Source: Patescibacteria group bacterium (GTDB lineage Bacteria; Patescibacteriota; Minisyncoccia; Phycocordibacterales; JACOZG01). From it: 64,000 nucleotides of DNA. The translations under genes were made by a program, and so were the position numbers. Below the pieces are notes generated by a model. It did no database searches. It was not told the DNA's origin and worked only from the letters and a program-made list of their open reading frames with translations. This document shows, one piece after another, positions 21,002 through 31,134 of this stretch (positions within the stretch are counted from its first letter, which is position 1; each line of letters begins with the position of its first letter). The DNA lies in contig JBBTTC010000004.1 in NCBI GenBank assembly GCA_038064435.1, positions 3,615 to 67,614 on the forward strand, in the 5' to 3' direction.

Positions 21002-21196
21002 ATGAAAACTCTAAAATGCGACCGATGCGAGCACGAAGAGACGGCAGAAACATTTGAAGAATGGATGAATAAACTCAAGCCGCACTACTTCAAAGACCAT
21101 GCTGATGTGATGAAAGACTCAAGCAAAACCAAAGAAGACATGGAAAAATGGATGACCGAAAACAAGGCGAGATTTGATTCTGTCCCAACATCTTGA
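21002..21196 (+). CDS. hypothetical small protein
   Basis: 64-aa ORF with CxxC pair (CDRCEH), AT-rich. Confidence 0.35.
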   Translation: MKTLKCDRCEHEETAETFEEWMNKLKPHYFKDHADVMKDSSKTKEDMEKWMTENKARFDSVPTS

Positions 21197-21247
21197 ATTT
21201 TCGGACTGGAAACGGTGCTGGCGCGCCTTCACTAAACGACATTTAAC

Positions 21248-21931
21248 ATGACCCAAATTATCTTTAAATACGATCTCGGCAAGGACACAGAAAACTTCAT
21301 CCGTGGAACTCGGGCGAAGAATAGCTCCAAACCAACTAGGCTTCAGGAAGTATACGTCGCTCAAAACGGCACCGATTATGACGAAGTAAAAGTTAAGGAA
21401 TTTTTAGAATCATACGCAAACGAGATTTCTCTCGATCCGAATAAAGCGGTGAAAGAGCTTGAGGAAAGCTGGAAGAAGATAGAAAAAACATTTCTGCAAC
21501 GAATTGAAACCATGTTCAAAATCACTTACCCGACCTCACAAATTACCGCCTACCTCACCACCAACCAGCGTTGCACCTATAACATTCCCGAAAATTATTT
21601 CTTCGTAAATTTCACTGCCAAATCTTCTAACCACATTATCATGCATGAACTATTCCATTTTTATACCTGGTACACACTTCATGATGATCTGGTGGCAGCG
21701 GGAATAGACGAAAATCAATATAACAACATTAAAGAATCGCTTACGATTCTGCTCAACACCGAATTTCTAGAATTGATGAACGGCGCACACGATGAGGGCT
21801 ACCCTCAACACGTCGAGATGCGCGAGAAAGTACAAGAATTATGGAGCAGTTCAAAAAACATCCGGGAAGTTGCTTCCGGTGTGTTTTCCCTCCCCAACCC
21901 CAGCAACTCAAGTTCTTATTCCTCATCGTAG
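21248..21931 (+). CDS. hypothetical protein with HExxH motif (possible zinc-metallopeptidase-like)
   Basis: IIMHELFHFYTW; no other recognised similarity. Confidence 0.4.
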   Translation: MTQIIFKYDLGKDTENFIRGTRAKNSSKPTRLQEVYVAQNGTDYDEVKVKEFLESYANEISLDPNKAVKELEESWKKIEKTFLQRIETMFKITYPTSQITAYLTTNQRCTYNIPENYFFVNFTAKSSNHIIMHELFHFYTWYTLHDDLVAAGIDENQYNNIKESLTILLNTEFLELMNGAHDEGYPQHVEMREKVQELWSSSKNIREVASGVFSLPNPSNSSSYSSS

Positions 21932-22054
21932 GCGTGCTTGAGACCGCCGGCGGAAAAATTACTCTCACGCCCGCCCATCAGACCCCCAAAAACACATACT
22001 CCTACGAAGACCTAAGATTGGTGAAGTTGTTCTTGTCATTGTAAGATAAGACAG

Positions 22055-22714
22055 ATGGATCAAACGATCAACCCACAACCACCACCCAAATCAAAAGTTG
22101 GCTGGAGGTGGCTAGCGCCGGCATTGCTGGTCTTAATTTTTATGTATTTTCTCGTACTCGAAAACTTAGGGTTTTTTGCGAGAAGAGACTACACGACATG
22201 GTTGGATTTTATTACTTGGACACTGGTGATAACTTGGTTTGCCTCCATCGTGGTTTCAATTATTTTGGGCATTATTACTCCTAATAAAAAATATAAATCT
22301 ATATCCTTATTGTTGGCAGTAACAGCGCTGGTTTTGACCTACTATTTGTCTCTGCCGCAAAGTCATCCGAAAAGACCCTCTGGCGCCGGGACAAGAGCAG
22401 CTATGGCTACGGTCCGTTTCGAATCCGAACTTTTTTACGACAATGTTGGCAATAATACTTACGGCCAAGTAACTGCAAATTGCGAGCAACCCAATTCACT
22501 TTTCGATTACGAGCCCATTAGGCAGGCAATCAATGCGGCCGAACAATATTCGAAGAACGAGGCAGTATGCCTATCGACGCCGGAAGCTTATGCCGCCTCA
22601 ATTAAACTGCCAGACAAAAACACATTTTGGTGCATCGACAGTACCGGTTTTGCCGGCGAAACTTTAAGAAACATCACCCGGCCCATCTGTGGGGAAAAAG
22701 TGTCAAATCAGTAA
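22055..22714 (+). CDS. membrane protein with pilin-like C-terminal Cys-loop motif
   Basis: Three N-terminal TM helices; C-terminus FWCIDSTG...C shared with the pilin. Confidence 0.5.
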   Translation: MDQTINPQPPPKSKVGWRWLAPALLVLIFMYFLVLENLGFFARRDYTTWLDFITWTLVITWFASIVVSIILGIITPNKKYKSISLLLAVTALVLTYYLSLPQSHPKRPSGAGTRAAMATVRFESELFYDNVGNNTYGQVTANCEQPNSLFDYEPIRQAINAAEQYSKNEAVCLSTPEAYAASIKLPDKNTFWCIDSTGFAGETLRNITRPICGEKVSNQ

Positions 22715-22721
22715 CCGGTGA

Positions 22722-23381
22722 TCAGACTAAATCTTTTTTCTTGCTCTCAAATTCATCTTTATTAATTTCGCCTTTGGCGTAACGGCTTTTAAGAACTTCA
22801 AGAGCGGAACCGCCCGGCACCTGCCCATGACCCGCTAGCCATTTAACGAGCGAAACAACACCAAAGATCACCAATACCCACCATAAAATCATCAATAGCC
22901 AACCGAGACCACCGGCGCGTGCATGAGCAAAATATCCGGGCCCACCACCGCCCCAGGTCTGCATCATCGGCATCCAACCACCAAAATTGCCCATACCGCC
23001 CAAAGCTGAAGCCGACGGATCACAACCCGACAAACGTTTGCCGAGCGCGATGTGAATCTGCTCCTCTCCCTCCTCACCATGAGCTTGGACCATCATGGCA
23101 TTCATGGCGGCATGCGACTCGCCCATCATCTGCCCCATGTAATATTCGCCCAGCACGCCAAACTGTTCGTCGCCCAAACTCGTGCAGGTAATTTCTTTGG
23201 CCTGCAATTTAGACCACAGTTCCAAGCCTTCTTGTTCCTCACGGGCGGTATGCTCCACAATTTCATCCCAATCAACTGCGACACCCGCGCGGCCGCCACC
23301 CATCATCATCTGCGCTTCAGCGTCATTGATAAAAAACAAAACACTGCCAGCAAACATCATCCCAAAAATAATTTTTTTCAT
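22722..23381 (-). CDS. exported Met/His-rich protein with C-terminal SHOCT domain (candidate copper-binding)
   Basis: Signal peptide; Met-rich stretches MMMGGG, MGQMMGESHAAMNAMMVQAHG, WMPMMQTWGGGG; C-terminal TM plus SHOCT-like LKSRYAKGEINKDEFESKKKDL. Confidence 0.5.
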   Translation of the reverse strand: MKKIIFGMMFAGSVLFFINDAEAQMMMGGGRAGVAVDWDEIVEHTAREEQEGLELWSKLQAKEITCTSLGDEQFGVLGEYYMGQMMGESHAAMNAMMVQAHGEEGEEQIHIALGKRLSGCDPSASALGGMGNFGGWMPMMQTWGGGGPGYFAHARAGGLGWLLMILWWVLVIFGVVSLVKWLAGHGQVPGGSALEVLKSRYAKGEINKDEFESKKKDLV

Positions 23382-23397
23382 GTTTACAATTAAATCG

Positions 23398-23781
23398 CTA
23401 TTTAAACCAATCTCTGGGTGTGCGCGGCCAGCCGCGCACCAAAAGTAGGGCCAGCGGCGCGCCCCAATTAGCCCAACGTTCGACGAAATCCCAAATTGGA
23501 TCAGGCCCGAATGGCCAGCGAACCATTGCAGTCCATAGTCCCCACACCATCATCCAGAGGAGAGCTACACGAACCGGCCTAATGAGAACTAAGAGAGCTA
23601 ACGTTACGTCGATAATGCCAATAAAAAAAAGAATCGTGGTGATTGTATCGGCATTGATAATACCGAATGGATAGAAATACTTAAACCACCCCTCCTTGCC
23701 CTGAAGCGCAAACATACCGTGGCCAATGAACTCGCCAGCCACCGCGATACGCAAAACCCATTCGACAAGTTTTACATTCAT
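23398..23781 (-). CDS. small polytopic membrane protein (DoxX-like)
   Basis: 127 aa with about 4 TM helices. Confidence 0.4.
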   Translation of the reverse strand: MNVKLVEWVLRIAVAGEFIGHGMFALQGKEGWFKYFYPFGIINADTITTILFFIGIIDVTLALLVLIRPVRVALLWMMVWGLWTAMVRWPFGPDPIWDFVERWANWGAPLALLLVRGWPRTPRDWFK

Positions 23782-23839
23782 TAATTATTTTTATTACTAA
23801 ACTATTAATAAACACCGCTCATTTTAATTTTACCACCTT

Positions 23840-25900
23840 TTACAATTCTCGTCTCTTTAATAAAATAGCATTAACCGAAACGATAATCGTGCTGACTGAC
23901 ATCAACACCGCGGCCAAGGCCGGTTCCAGCACAATACCGCGAAAAGCCAAAGCGCCAGCGGCCAGCGGCAGGGCAAAGATGTTGTAGCCAGCCGCCCACC
24001 ACAGATTTTGAATCATTTTGGAATAAGTGAGCTGAGACAATCTAATAATTTTCACAATATCGCGTGGATCATTCCGCACCAAAATGATTCCGGCCGACTC
24101 GATCGCCACATTGGTGCCAGCGCCGATGGCAACACCGAGATCGGCGGCGGCGAGGGCCGGCGCGTCATTAATGCCATCACCCACCATGGCCACCTTCAAG
24201 CCACGACCCTGCAGAGCCTTAACCTTAGCTGATTTTTGCTCTGGCAAAACGCGGGCAAAGTATTCCTCAATACCCAATTCGGCGGCAACCTGTTTGGCCA
24301 CATCTTCAGAATCACCGGTGATCATCGCTGTTTTCACACCCAAACCATGAAGCTGCTCGATGGCTGCCTTGGCCTCCGGACGAATAGTATCGGCCACGCT
24401 GATGGTCCCGATCTTCTGCCCGCCAACTTCCACCACAATATCGGCACCGCCCCGATGACCAACAAAAACGTTTTGGCCATCAACCACCGCTTCGGCGCCA
24501 ATACCGGGAATACGCTTAAAGTTTTGCGCCGACTTAACAATTAACTTTCGATGCTTGGCCTCGGCGACAATGGCTTGAGCAATGGGATGTTCCGAGTGTT
24601 CGTCCACGGCCGCGGCTAGGGCTAAAGATTCGTCCGAGCTAACTCCAGTAACGGCAAATTTACCGGCCGTTAGAGTGCCAGTTTTATCAAACAACACCAT
24701 ATTGACCGTCCGGGCCGCCTCGAGCGCCAAGCGCTGCTTGACCAAAAAACCGTTCCGCGCCGCCTTGGTGGTGGAAATTGATGCCACCAGCGGCACGGCA
24801 AGGCCGAGTGCGTGCGGACAAGCCACCACCAACACCGCCACCAAACGCGCCACGGCAAAACCTACTTCCGCGCCAGCCAACAGCCACGAAACCAAGGTGA
24901 TCACTCCGCCCCCCACCGCCACCACGGTTAAGTAGAGCGCCGCGCGATCCGACAAAATTTGTAAGCGTGATTTAGAAGCCTGCGCCTCGGCCACCAACCG
25001 CATCACTCCAGCCAAAAAAGTTTTCTCACCAATACTATCCACCCGGACTTGCAACGAGCCGTCGCCATTGATCGTACCGGCAATCACCCTATTGCCAGAT
25101 TTCTTAACCACCGGCTTGGATTCACCGGTCACCATTGACTCATTAATGTCCGAGTCACCGCTAATGATCGCGCCGTCGGCGGGAATTTTAGCCCCCGGAC
25201 GCACCACCACCGTATCGCCGGCCAACAATTCCGACAAAGCGATCATTACGGTTTTTTCTCCACGGACGACCTCGGCCGTATCGGGCAATAGTTTCGATAA
25301 TTCTTTTAGCGCGCCCTGCGCGCCAGAAACGGCCCGCATCTCCAACCAGTGACCAAGAAGCATGATCGTGATCAGAGTGGTCAACTCCCAGAACAGCGCC
25401 TCCGCACCGGCAAAAACTGCATAGACGCTCCAGAAGTAGGCGGCGGAGATGGCGATGGCTATTAGGGTCATCATGCCGGGCAGTCGTCCCTTAATTTCCC
25501 GCCACGCTCCAGCCATAAAAACCCAACCGCCATAAAAGAAAACCAGAGAACCCAAAATTAACGGCAAATAATCAGTGCCCGGGAAAGCCGGTGGTGACCA
25601 GAGTCCGCCAGAGGCGGATCCGCCTATGGCGGAAAAAATCATTTGAGTAACATCGGCATACAGCACCACCGGTATCGTCAAAACTAAACTAACCCAGAAT
25701 TTACGCATAAACATGGCGGTGCTGTGACCTGCGTGTTTACTCGTACTGTGCTTAATCGGCACCAAACTCATTCCACATTCCGGGCACATGCCCGGCCGAG
25801 ACTGTTGCACCTCCGGATGCATGGGGCAAGTGTAAACTGTCCCCGCTCTATCTTGGTGCGATTCGTTTTTAATTGGTGTGTGATGACAACAATTGTGCAT
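23840..25900 (-). CDS. heavy-metal (copper) translocating P-type ATPase, CopB-like
   Basis: His/Cys-rich N-terminus, YTCPMHPEV...CPECGM zinc-ribbon metal-binding domain, CPH transduction motif, DKTGTLT phosphorylation site, GDGINDAP hinge. Confidence 0.9.
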   Translation of the reverse strand: MHNCCHHTPIKNESHQDRAGTVYTCPMHPEVQQSRPGMCPECGMSLVPIKHSTSKHAGHSTAMFMRKFWVSLVLTIPVVLYADVTQMIFSAIGGSASGGLWSPPAFPGTDYLPLILGSLVFFYGGWVFMAGAWREIKGRLPGMMTLIAIAISAAYFWSVYAVFAGAEALFWELTTLITIMLLGHWLEMRAVSGAQGALKELSKLLPDTAEVVRGEKTVMIALSELLAGDTVVVRPGAKIPADGAIISGDSDINESMVTGESKPVVKKSGNRVIAGTINGDGSLQVRVDSIGEKTFLAGVMRLVAEAQASKSRLQILSDRAALYLTVVAVGGGVITLVSWLLAGAEVGFAVARLVAVLVVACPHALGLAVPLVASISTTKAARNGFLVKQRLALEAARTVNMVLFDKTGTLTAGKFAVTGVSSDESLALAAAVDEHSEHPIAQAIVAEAKHRKLIVKSAQNFKRIPGIGAEAVVDGQNVFVGHRGGADIVVEVGGQKIGTISVADTIRPEAKAAIEQLHGLGVKTAMITGDSEDVAKQVAAELGIEEYFARVLPEQKSAKVKALQGRGLKVAMVGDGINDAPALAAADLGVAIGAGTNVAIESAGIILVRNDPRDIVKIIRLSQLTYSKMIQNLWWAAGYNIFALPLAAGALAFRGIVLEPALAAVLMSVSTIIVSVNAILLKRREL

Positions 25901-25906
25901 AAGGTT

Positions 25907-26332
25907 TTATTTGAGTTCCCACTTAAATAAACGTTCGGAAACAGCACCAACGTTTTTGATTTTTAATTCCAGATAGTTGGAAGAGTAATCGAGAGATTGG
26001 AATACCAGTACACCCGCCCGATGATGCCCGCCGACTGCTCCCTCCCATCTTATGGGCCGATGCTCCGCGCCTCGGTCATCAGTCAAAGTAGTTACACTGA
26101 CCATATCCTGATCTAGTTCGATCGAATGTGTATCCATCACTACGTTGAACATCCATTCCCGAGAACCGGACGACAACTTTATGGGCGTCACGGCCACAGT
26201 AACACCGGCCCGCTGATCGCTTTTTGTTTCCCATTTTTGCTGTACTTGTTCTGGCAAACGCTCCTCATAAAAAACCAATATCGCCACAAGGAAAGCGGCG
26301 ACCAAGATGATTATGGTCGTTGATTTTTTCAT
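25907..26332 (-). CDS. hypothetical exported protein
   Basis: 141 aa with N-terminal TM/signal; coupled to the ATPase gene. Confidence 0.4.
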   Translation of the reverse strand: MKKSTTIIILVAAFLVAILVFYEERLPEQVQQKWETKSDQRAGVTVAVTPIKLSSGSREWMFNVVMDTHSIELDQDMVSVTTLTDDRGAEHRPIRWEGAVGGHHRAGVLVFQSLDYSSNYLELKIKNVGAVSERLFKWELK

Positions 26333-26772
26333 AGATGCTTTTTGAACTTGATGATTTTATGACCGATAAATACGATCCCCAAAATATTGAAGGCTAAACC
26401 AACCCAAAAGATCTGTAACTGATATTGAGCGACGAAGGAAAGAGCACCGGCCAAACCAAGCAAAGGCACGATATTGGTCAAGTAATGGGCGCAACACGAA
26501 ATCATCGAGAGCGTCGAAGTTGTACCGGTCACGCCCAAAATCTTAGCCGCGCCGGGCCGTCCGACGATCAGACCCCGAAGATAAACATACAAGCCAACCT
26601 GAACACCAAAACCAAAAGCCAAACTGGTGATAAAATACCAGAAATCAGCAAACTGCCCCCAAGTAAAATTCCAACCAGAAACCAAGGTCAACACCGCAAA
26701 ATACAGCCCGAGCAACAGCAAGCTGGCCGATAAACCGTATACTAGTGATTTTTTTACCTCAAACATCCTCAT
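26329..26772 (-). CDS. hypothetical membrane protein
   Basis: 147 aa, 4 TM helices, CCAHY motif. Confidence 0.4.
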   Translation of the reverse strand: MRMFEVKKSLVYGLSASLLLLGLYFAVLTLVSGWNFTWGQFADFWYFITSLAFGFGVQVGLYVYLRGLIVGRPGAAKILGVTGTTSTLSMISCCAHYLTNIVPLLGLAGALSFVAQYQLQIFWVGLAFNILGIVFIGHKIIKFKKHL

Positions 26773-26781
26773 AGTTTTATT

Positions 26782-27558
26782 TTATACCCCACAACTAACT
26801 TGCTCTTGCCGTTCGGATGAAGCCAATGAAGCGGCGATTTTGGCGTAACCCGAAGCGCTGGAATACTGGGCGTCCAAAACTTCACGCGGTTTGACGGCAT
26901 CCCATTCGACACCCTGATTTTTGAAGTAAACAGCAATGGTCCGATAATGATCCGGAAACCAGTAAGTATTAGCGATGAGCGCCATCTGCCACATCTCTTC
27001 TTCGCTCGCACCCTGCGCGGCCATTAATTCTAGCAAGCCCAACATCGCCATACCATGATTGCAGTCAGGGAAATGCGCCGAGTTATTACAGCATGGCCGA
27101 TAAATCCCCCGCGCTAGGCGATCAACGATCGCCTGTTGCTCGGGTGTTAGGGTGACAAATTGATGCTGACTGTAGTGATCCATGGTCGGACCACGAGCCA
27201 AGGTCCAACCGCCGGTCGAGGCAAAATTGCCGGCGCCACCGTAGCGCGCGTCCATCATTTCGCCCGATTCCAATATTGGATTTTTATTCGCCAAACCGAG
27301 CGCCCAAAACAAATTAAGCCACTGGTGAGAATTGGCCGCCGTAATTTCTAGCGGCGCTAATTTTTGATCAGTTAGCCAAGCATCGTATCCGGCTGGCAAT
27401 TTTTCAACGTCAATTACTCCGGACGCCACCAACCGGGCACCCAAGTCACCCCAATGCAACTTCACACTCTCAACCTCTTTTGTCGGTTGTGATTTTGGCA
27501 AACCAATCAGAACAATTAACAGAACTAAAATTGCAATCGTTAAACTATTTTTCATCAC
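26782..27558 (-). CDS. hypothetical exported Cys-rich protein
   Basis: Signal peptide; RPCCNNSAHFPDCNHGM cluster; 258 aa. Confidence 0.45.
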   Translation of the reverse strand: MMKNSLTIAILVLLIVLIGLPKSQPTKEVESVKLHWGDLGARLVASGVIDVEKLPAGYDAWLTDQKLAPLEITAANSHQWLNLFWALGLANKNPILESGEMMDARYGGAGNFASTGGWTLARGPTMDHYSQHQFVTLTPEQQAIVDRLARGIYRPCCNNSAHFPDCNHGMAMLGLLELMAAQGASEEEMWQMALIANTYWFPDHYRTIAVYFKNQGVEWDAVKPREVLDAQYSSASGYAKIAASLASSERQEQVSCGV

Positions 27559-27720
27559 AGCAATGAGCTAATTTTTTTACAATGTCGCCAATCGACCACG
27601 GCTTTCCGTTACCGATCTCATTTAGTATCTGGCGGCGCTTTTCGCATTTCGAACAATGCGGAAGGTGGAGAATTTTTGTAATCTTAGCGATCATGTCGCC
27701 CAACTTGAATTGTTTTTTCA
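27548..27720 (-). CDS. possible small Cys-containing protein (below ORF-track length cutoff)
   Basis: By-eye translation gives MKKQFKLGDMIAKITKILHLPHCSKCEKRRQILNEIGNGKPWSIGDIVKKLAHCCDEK with an upstream RBS; not in the ORF track. Confidence 0.25.
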
Positions 27721-28500
27721 TAACAGAAAAATTAATACCCCAAGAATCACCATGGCTACTCCGCCCCAGAGTCTAAGATTTTTTGTTTCGGATTTTTTCC
27801 AACTCTGCACCTTAGCGATCAGCTCGCGGTTGCTAGCGATGAGTAGAATAATTACCAATGGCAGGACAAAAATTAGATTGTAGAGAAGTAAATAACCAAC
27901 ACCAGTTAGATACGTGCTGTAATCGTGGAGCAAACCGAGCACCATTAAGTAGGGTCCGCCGGTACACGGGAACTCGCACAAGCCTACCAAAGCCCCCAGC
28001 AAAAAAGCCGCCGGCAAGGTAGCACGAGACATCAGGCCGGCCATTTTTTTGTGAGCCACGGACGGGATCCGTAGCTTGACCGGAAAAGACGGGAAGAATT
28101 CATTCACCAGATTAAGGCCGCCGAGCGCCAACAAAAGCGCCGCCCCCACCTTGGCCATAAAATGCGGAGTATTGAAGAGATGCAGAGCTTGGAATAAACC
28201 GAGGCCGATTAACAGATAAACCAGCAATAAGCCCAAAATATAGACGCTACCAATCTTAAGAATACCGGCCCGCGACTTGCCCAAAGATAGCAAAAAGCCG
28301 ACGGTTAAAATCAGAAGGCCAAAGGCGCAGGGATTGATGCTGTCGATCAAGGCCGCCACCGCCACCAAGGGCAAAAGCCATTTCCCGCCCGCGCTTAAGT
28401 TCCACAACGCGGTTGTGCCGATATTACCGGCGCGAAAGAAAATCACTCCGCCAAAGATGATGAGAGCTAGGGCGATTAGAATCGCCAATTTTTTACTCAT
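27718..28500 (-). CDS. ccdA: cytochrome c biogenesis / thiol-disulfide transporter CcdA (DsbD transmembrane family)
   Basis: Conserved Cys in TM1 (INPCAF) and TM4 (FPCTGGPYL). Confidence 0.8.
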   Translation of the reverse strand: MSKKLAILIALALIIFGGVIFFRAGNIGTTALWNLSAGGKWLLPLVAVAALIDSINPCAFGLLILTVGFLLSLGKSRAGILKIGSVYILGLLLVYLLIGLGLFQALHLFNTPHFMAKVGAALLLALGGLNLVNEFFPSFPVKLRIPSVAHKKMAGLMSRATLPAAFLLGALVGLCEFPCTGGPYLMVLGLLHDYSTYLTGVGYLLLYNLIFVLPLVIILLIASNRELIAKVQSWKKSETKNLRLWGGVAMVILGVLIFLL

Positions 28501-28994
28501 TAGGGTGTGACTAGAGCCGAAAAGCCGAGCTCGACTGGCCGGCCGGTGCTATTTTCAATCGTCACCACGCGCTGGATCCGGCCCACGCCGGCCGGCCCGT
28601 GGGCGGCCGGATCAAACACCACTTCAATCAATGCTTCATCGCCGGGCGCCAAATTTTCGTCGATCTTGGGAATGGCGCCATGACCGGGCATACCGTAGGG
28701 GCCAATTTTTTTACCGTCAACAGTAAGTTCGGCCGTGGTGCACATGCAAGAGGTATACATTTTATTAATGGTCACCACAGTCGGGCTGGTATTTTTAATG
28801 CTAAAAACATGCTTAACCATACCAGCGGCCATGGAAATGGTGCCAAAATTGTAATCGGGGTTTTCTTCAACCACCAGAGCCGCGCCACCACTGGCCGCGG
28901 CCGGAACAGTTTTTTGATCAGTGGGACGGGCCAACCAAATCAATCCAGACAAACCGAGAATAACAACGACAATGTAAATAGTTATTTTGTTCAT
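28500..28994 (-). CDS. DUF1573-like exported protein
   Basis: Signal anchor then beta-rich domain with CMC motif. Confidence 0.45.
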   Translation of the reverse strand: MNKITIYIVVVILGLSGLIWLARPTDQKTVPAAASGGAALVVEENPDYNFGTISMAAGMVKHVFSIKNTSPTVVTINKMYTSCMCTTAELTVDGKKIGPYGMPGHGAIPKIDENLAPGDEALIEVVFDPAAHGPAGVGRIQRVVTIENSTGRPVELGFSALVTP

Positions 28995-29093
28995 AGTGAT
29001 TAATGATTAACAAAACAAAAATCCCTCAACCGAGGGATAAGCAGGCTGACGGAGCAAAACGCCATTCGACAAAACGACCCTCACTCCGTCGCC

Positions 29094-29534
29094 CTAAAAA
29101 ACGGTTGGACTAGTTTCGTGCAAAGCCAACCAGCGATTGATTTTGACTCGAGCTGGCGCAACCTCAAGCCCAAATCGTGCCCAAATTCTCGGGGGCGATT
29201 CAGAAAAGACCGTCCAACCAATAATCACCAAAAGAGTGACGAGCAGCAACAGGGCTCCCAAACTAACAGTCCAAAAACTTGAGGCTGGCCCCTTGGCCGC
29301 GCCAAGATGAAAATTAAGAGCAGTTAAAAAACCGCCACTGGCTGGACAATCAGCTAAACTAATTAACTCGGCCAAACAATCATGATTATTCTGGCCAGCC
29401 GCATGACCCATTAATAATGGACTAAAAACCATCAAACCGGCCAAAACAACGATTAACAATATCGCCACACCGTAAGTTAAAAAACTCAGCCGCAACATGA
29501 CGTTCATTTTAACAAAATGTGTGGTAGACTTCAA
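29094..29534 (-). CDS. hypothetical membrane protein
   Basis: 146 aa, two TM helices, Cys pair CLAELISLADC. Confidence 0.35.
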   Translation of the reverse strand: MKSTTHFVKMNVMLRLSFLTYGVAILLIVVLAGLMVFSPLLMGHAAGQNNHDCLAELISLADCPASGGFLTALNFHLGAAKGPASSFWTVSLGALLLLVTLLVIIGWTVFSESPPRIWARFGLEVAPARVKINRWLALHETSPTVF

Positions 29535-29536
29535 GC

Positions 29537-30112
29537 ATGATTAGCTTTTTAAAGAGAAACATATTATTGATGGTCGCCTTTGGTTTGCCAGTGGTATTTA
29601 TTGCGGGAGTAGTTTTGAGTATTTATCTGCCCGGTGTGTCAACGGCTTATGATTTCGTCTACGCGAGCTGTAACAAAAGCTATGGTTATTACGATGATGT
29701 TTGTAGCCGGTATCTAAACAACGCTCATGTTGTAGAAAATGGCAAGCTGGTAAATAAGCCGATTGATCCGACCCAAGACATAAACCGAAACAAAATTCCC
29801 GATGCCAACGAGTTCACGGCGCGCTTTTTCCGTCACGATACAGCTAAAAACGAGAGTCGAGAAATTACTCTGGGCGAGACGCAAATGTTAAATTTCAATC
29901 AGCTTTTGACTTCGCCCGACGGCGTGACGATCAGTAGCCACTCCAGCTATAATTCTGGCTTCTTCCCACTGTTTGACGGACGATCCAGTTATGGCCGATC
30001 ACTAGTCAAGGGCCGCCGCAGTACACGCCTCAATTTAATTAACGGCGTCGATCGCTATTATGATCCGTCCGACTTTCACTTTGTCGGCTGGGTTTTACCA
30101 GGTAGAAACTAA
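29537..30112 (+). CDS. hypothetical membrane-anchored protein
   Basis: 191 aa with N-terminal TM. Confidence 0.4.
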   Translation: MISFLKRNILLMVAFGLPVVFIAGVVLSIYLPGVSTAYDFVYASCNKSYGYYDDVCSRYLNNAHVVENGKLVNKPIDPTQDINRNKIPDANEFTARFFRHDTAKNESREITLGETQMLNFNQLLTSPDGVTISSHSSYNSGFFPLFDGRSSYGRSLVKGRRSTRLNLINGVDRYYDPSDFHFVGWVLPGRN

Positions 30113-30118
30113 AAAATT

Positions 30119-31096
30119 ATGAACAAAGATGAATTATTGCGTGAATTGGCGTTAAAAATTAGCACGGGCGAGATAAATCGCGAGGAGGTTACCCGCAGTC
30201 TCGGCGGGTCCGCCGCGGCGGATCTAGGCGAGCCAGCAACTCCGGCTCCACACATCGGCTTAACCAAGTGGTTTTATTGGTTGGGCGGCATTATCGCCAT
30301 CGTGGGTATTATTCTTTTTGTTGGTCAGTTTTGGGACGATTTAGGTTCAGCGGCGCGCATCATCGTCACTCTCGGTTTTGGTTTAATCTTGGCTGCCACT
30401 GGCTCGATGCTACTAAAACAAAAACCAAACCAAATGATCGGCTCAATCTTCCACACCTTGGGCGGTTTACTGATTCCGGGTGGAACCATGGTGCTGTTGT
30501 ACGAGCTAGATGTAGACTTATCAACTCTCTGGCCAATTACCATTAGTTTTGGCTTGATATTCGTTTTTTACTTGGCATTAGCGGCCGCGCATAAACGTCC
30601 GATTCTAACTTTCTTTGCCGTCGCCAACGGCACAACTTTCGTCTATCTGCTGATAGAATCACTGATCGAGGGCCGCGCCTACGAGCACGAAAATCTTTAT
30701 GCCTATCTCACCATGATCGTGGGTATAACCTACCTCCTGCTGGCCCAACAATTCAGCCGCGGTTGGAATAAGCAACTGGCCGGGCTATTTAATTTCTTCG
30801 GCAGTGCTGGTTTTTTGGCCGCGGCCGGCTCGCGCATCCCTGACTCGGTACCGTGGCAACTAATTTATGTTCTGTTCGTCTTGGCCATGTTGTTTTGGTC
30901 CATTCGAGCTAAGAGTCGAGGAATTTTGGCTGTTAGCACCATCGCCCTACTGGCGTACATTGGTTTTATTACCCAAGAATACTTCGTTGATTCCATCGGG
31001 TGGCCAATCGCTTTGATAATCCTTGGTTTTGTCTTTATTGGTCTTGGCTACGCTTCAATCAATATCAGCAAAAAATACATTCAGGCCGCCAATTGA
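30119..31096 (+). CDS. polytopic membrane protein (DUF2157-like)
   Basis: 325 aa, soluble N-terminal segment then about 8 TM helices. Confidence 0.45.
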   Translation: MNKDELLRELALKISTGEINREEVTRSLGGSAAADLGEPATPAPHIGLTKWFYWLGGIIAIVGIILFVGQFWDDLGSAARIIVTLGFGLILAATGSMLLKQKPNQMIGSIFHTLGGLLIPGGTMVLLYELDVDLSTLWPITISFGLIFVFYLALAAAHKRPILTFFAVANGTTFVYLLIESLIEGRAYEHENLYAYLTMIVGITYLLLAQQFSRGWNKQLAGLFNFFGSAGFLAAAGSRIPDSVPWQLIYVLFVLAMLFWSIRAKSRGILAVSTIALLAYIGFITQEYFVDSIGWPIALIILGFVFIGLGYASINISKKYIQAAN

Positions 31097-31134
31097 TAGC
31101 TCGCTGGTCTCATTGTCGCTTTTACAGATAAGCT

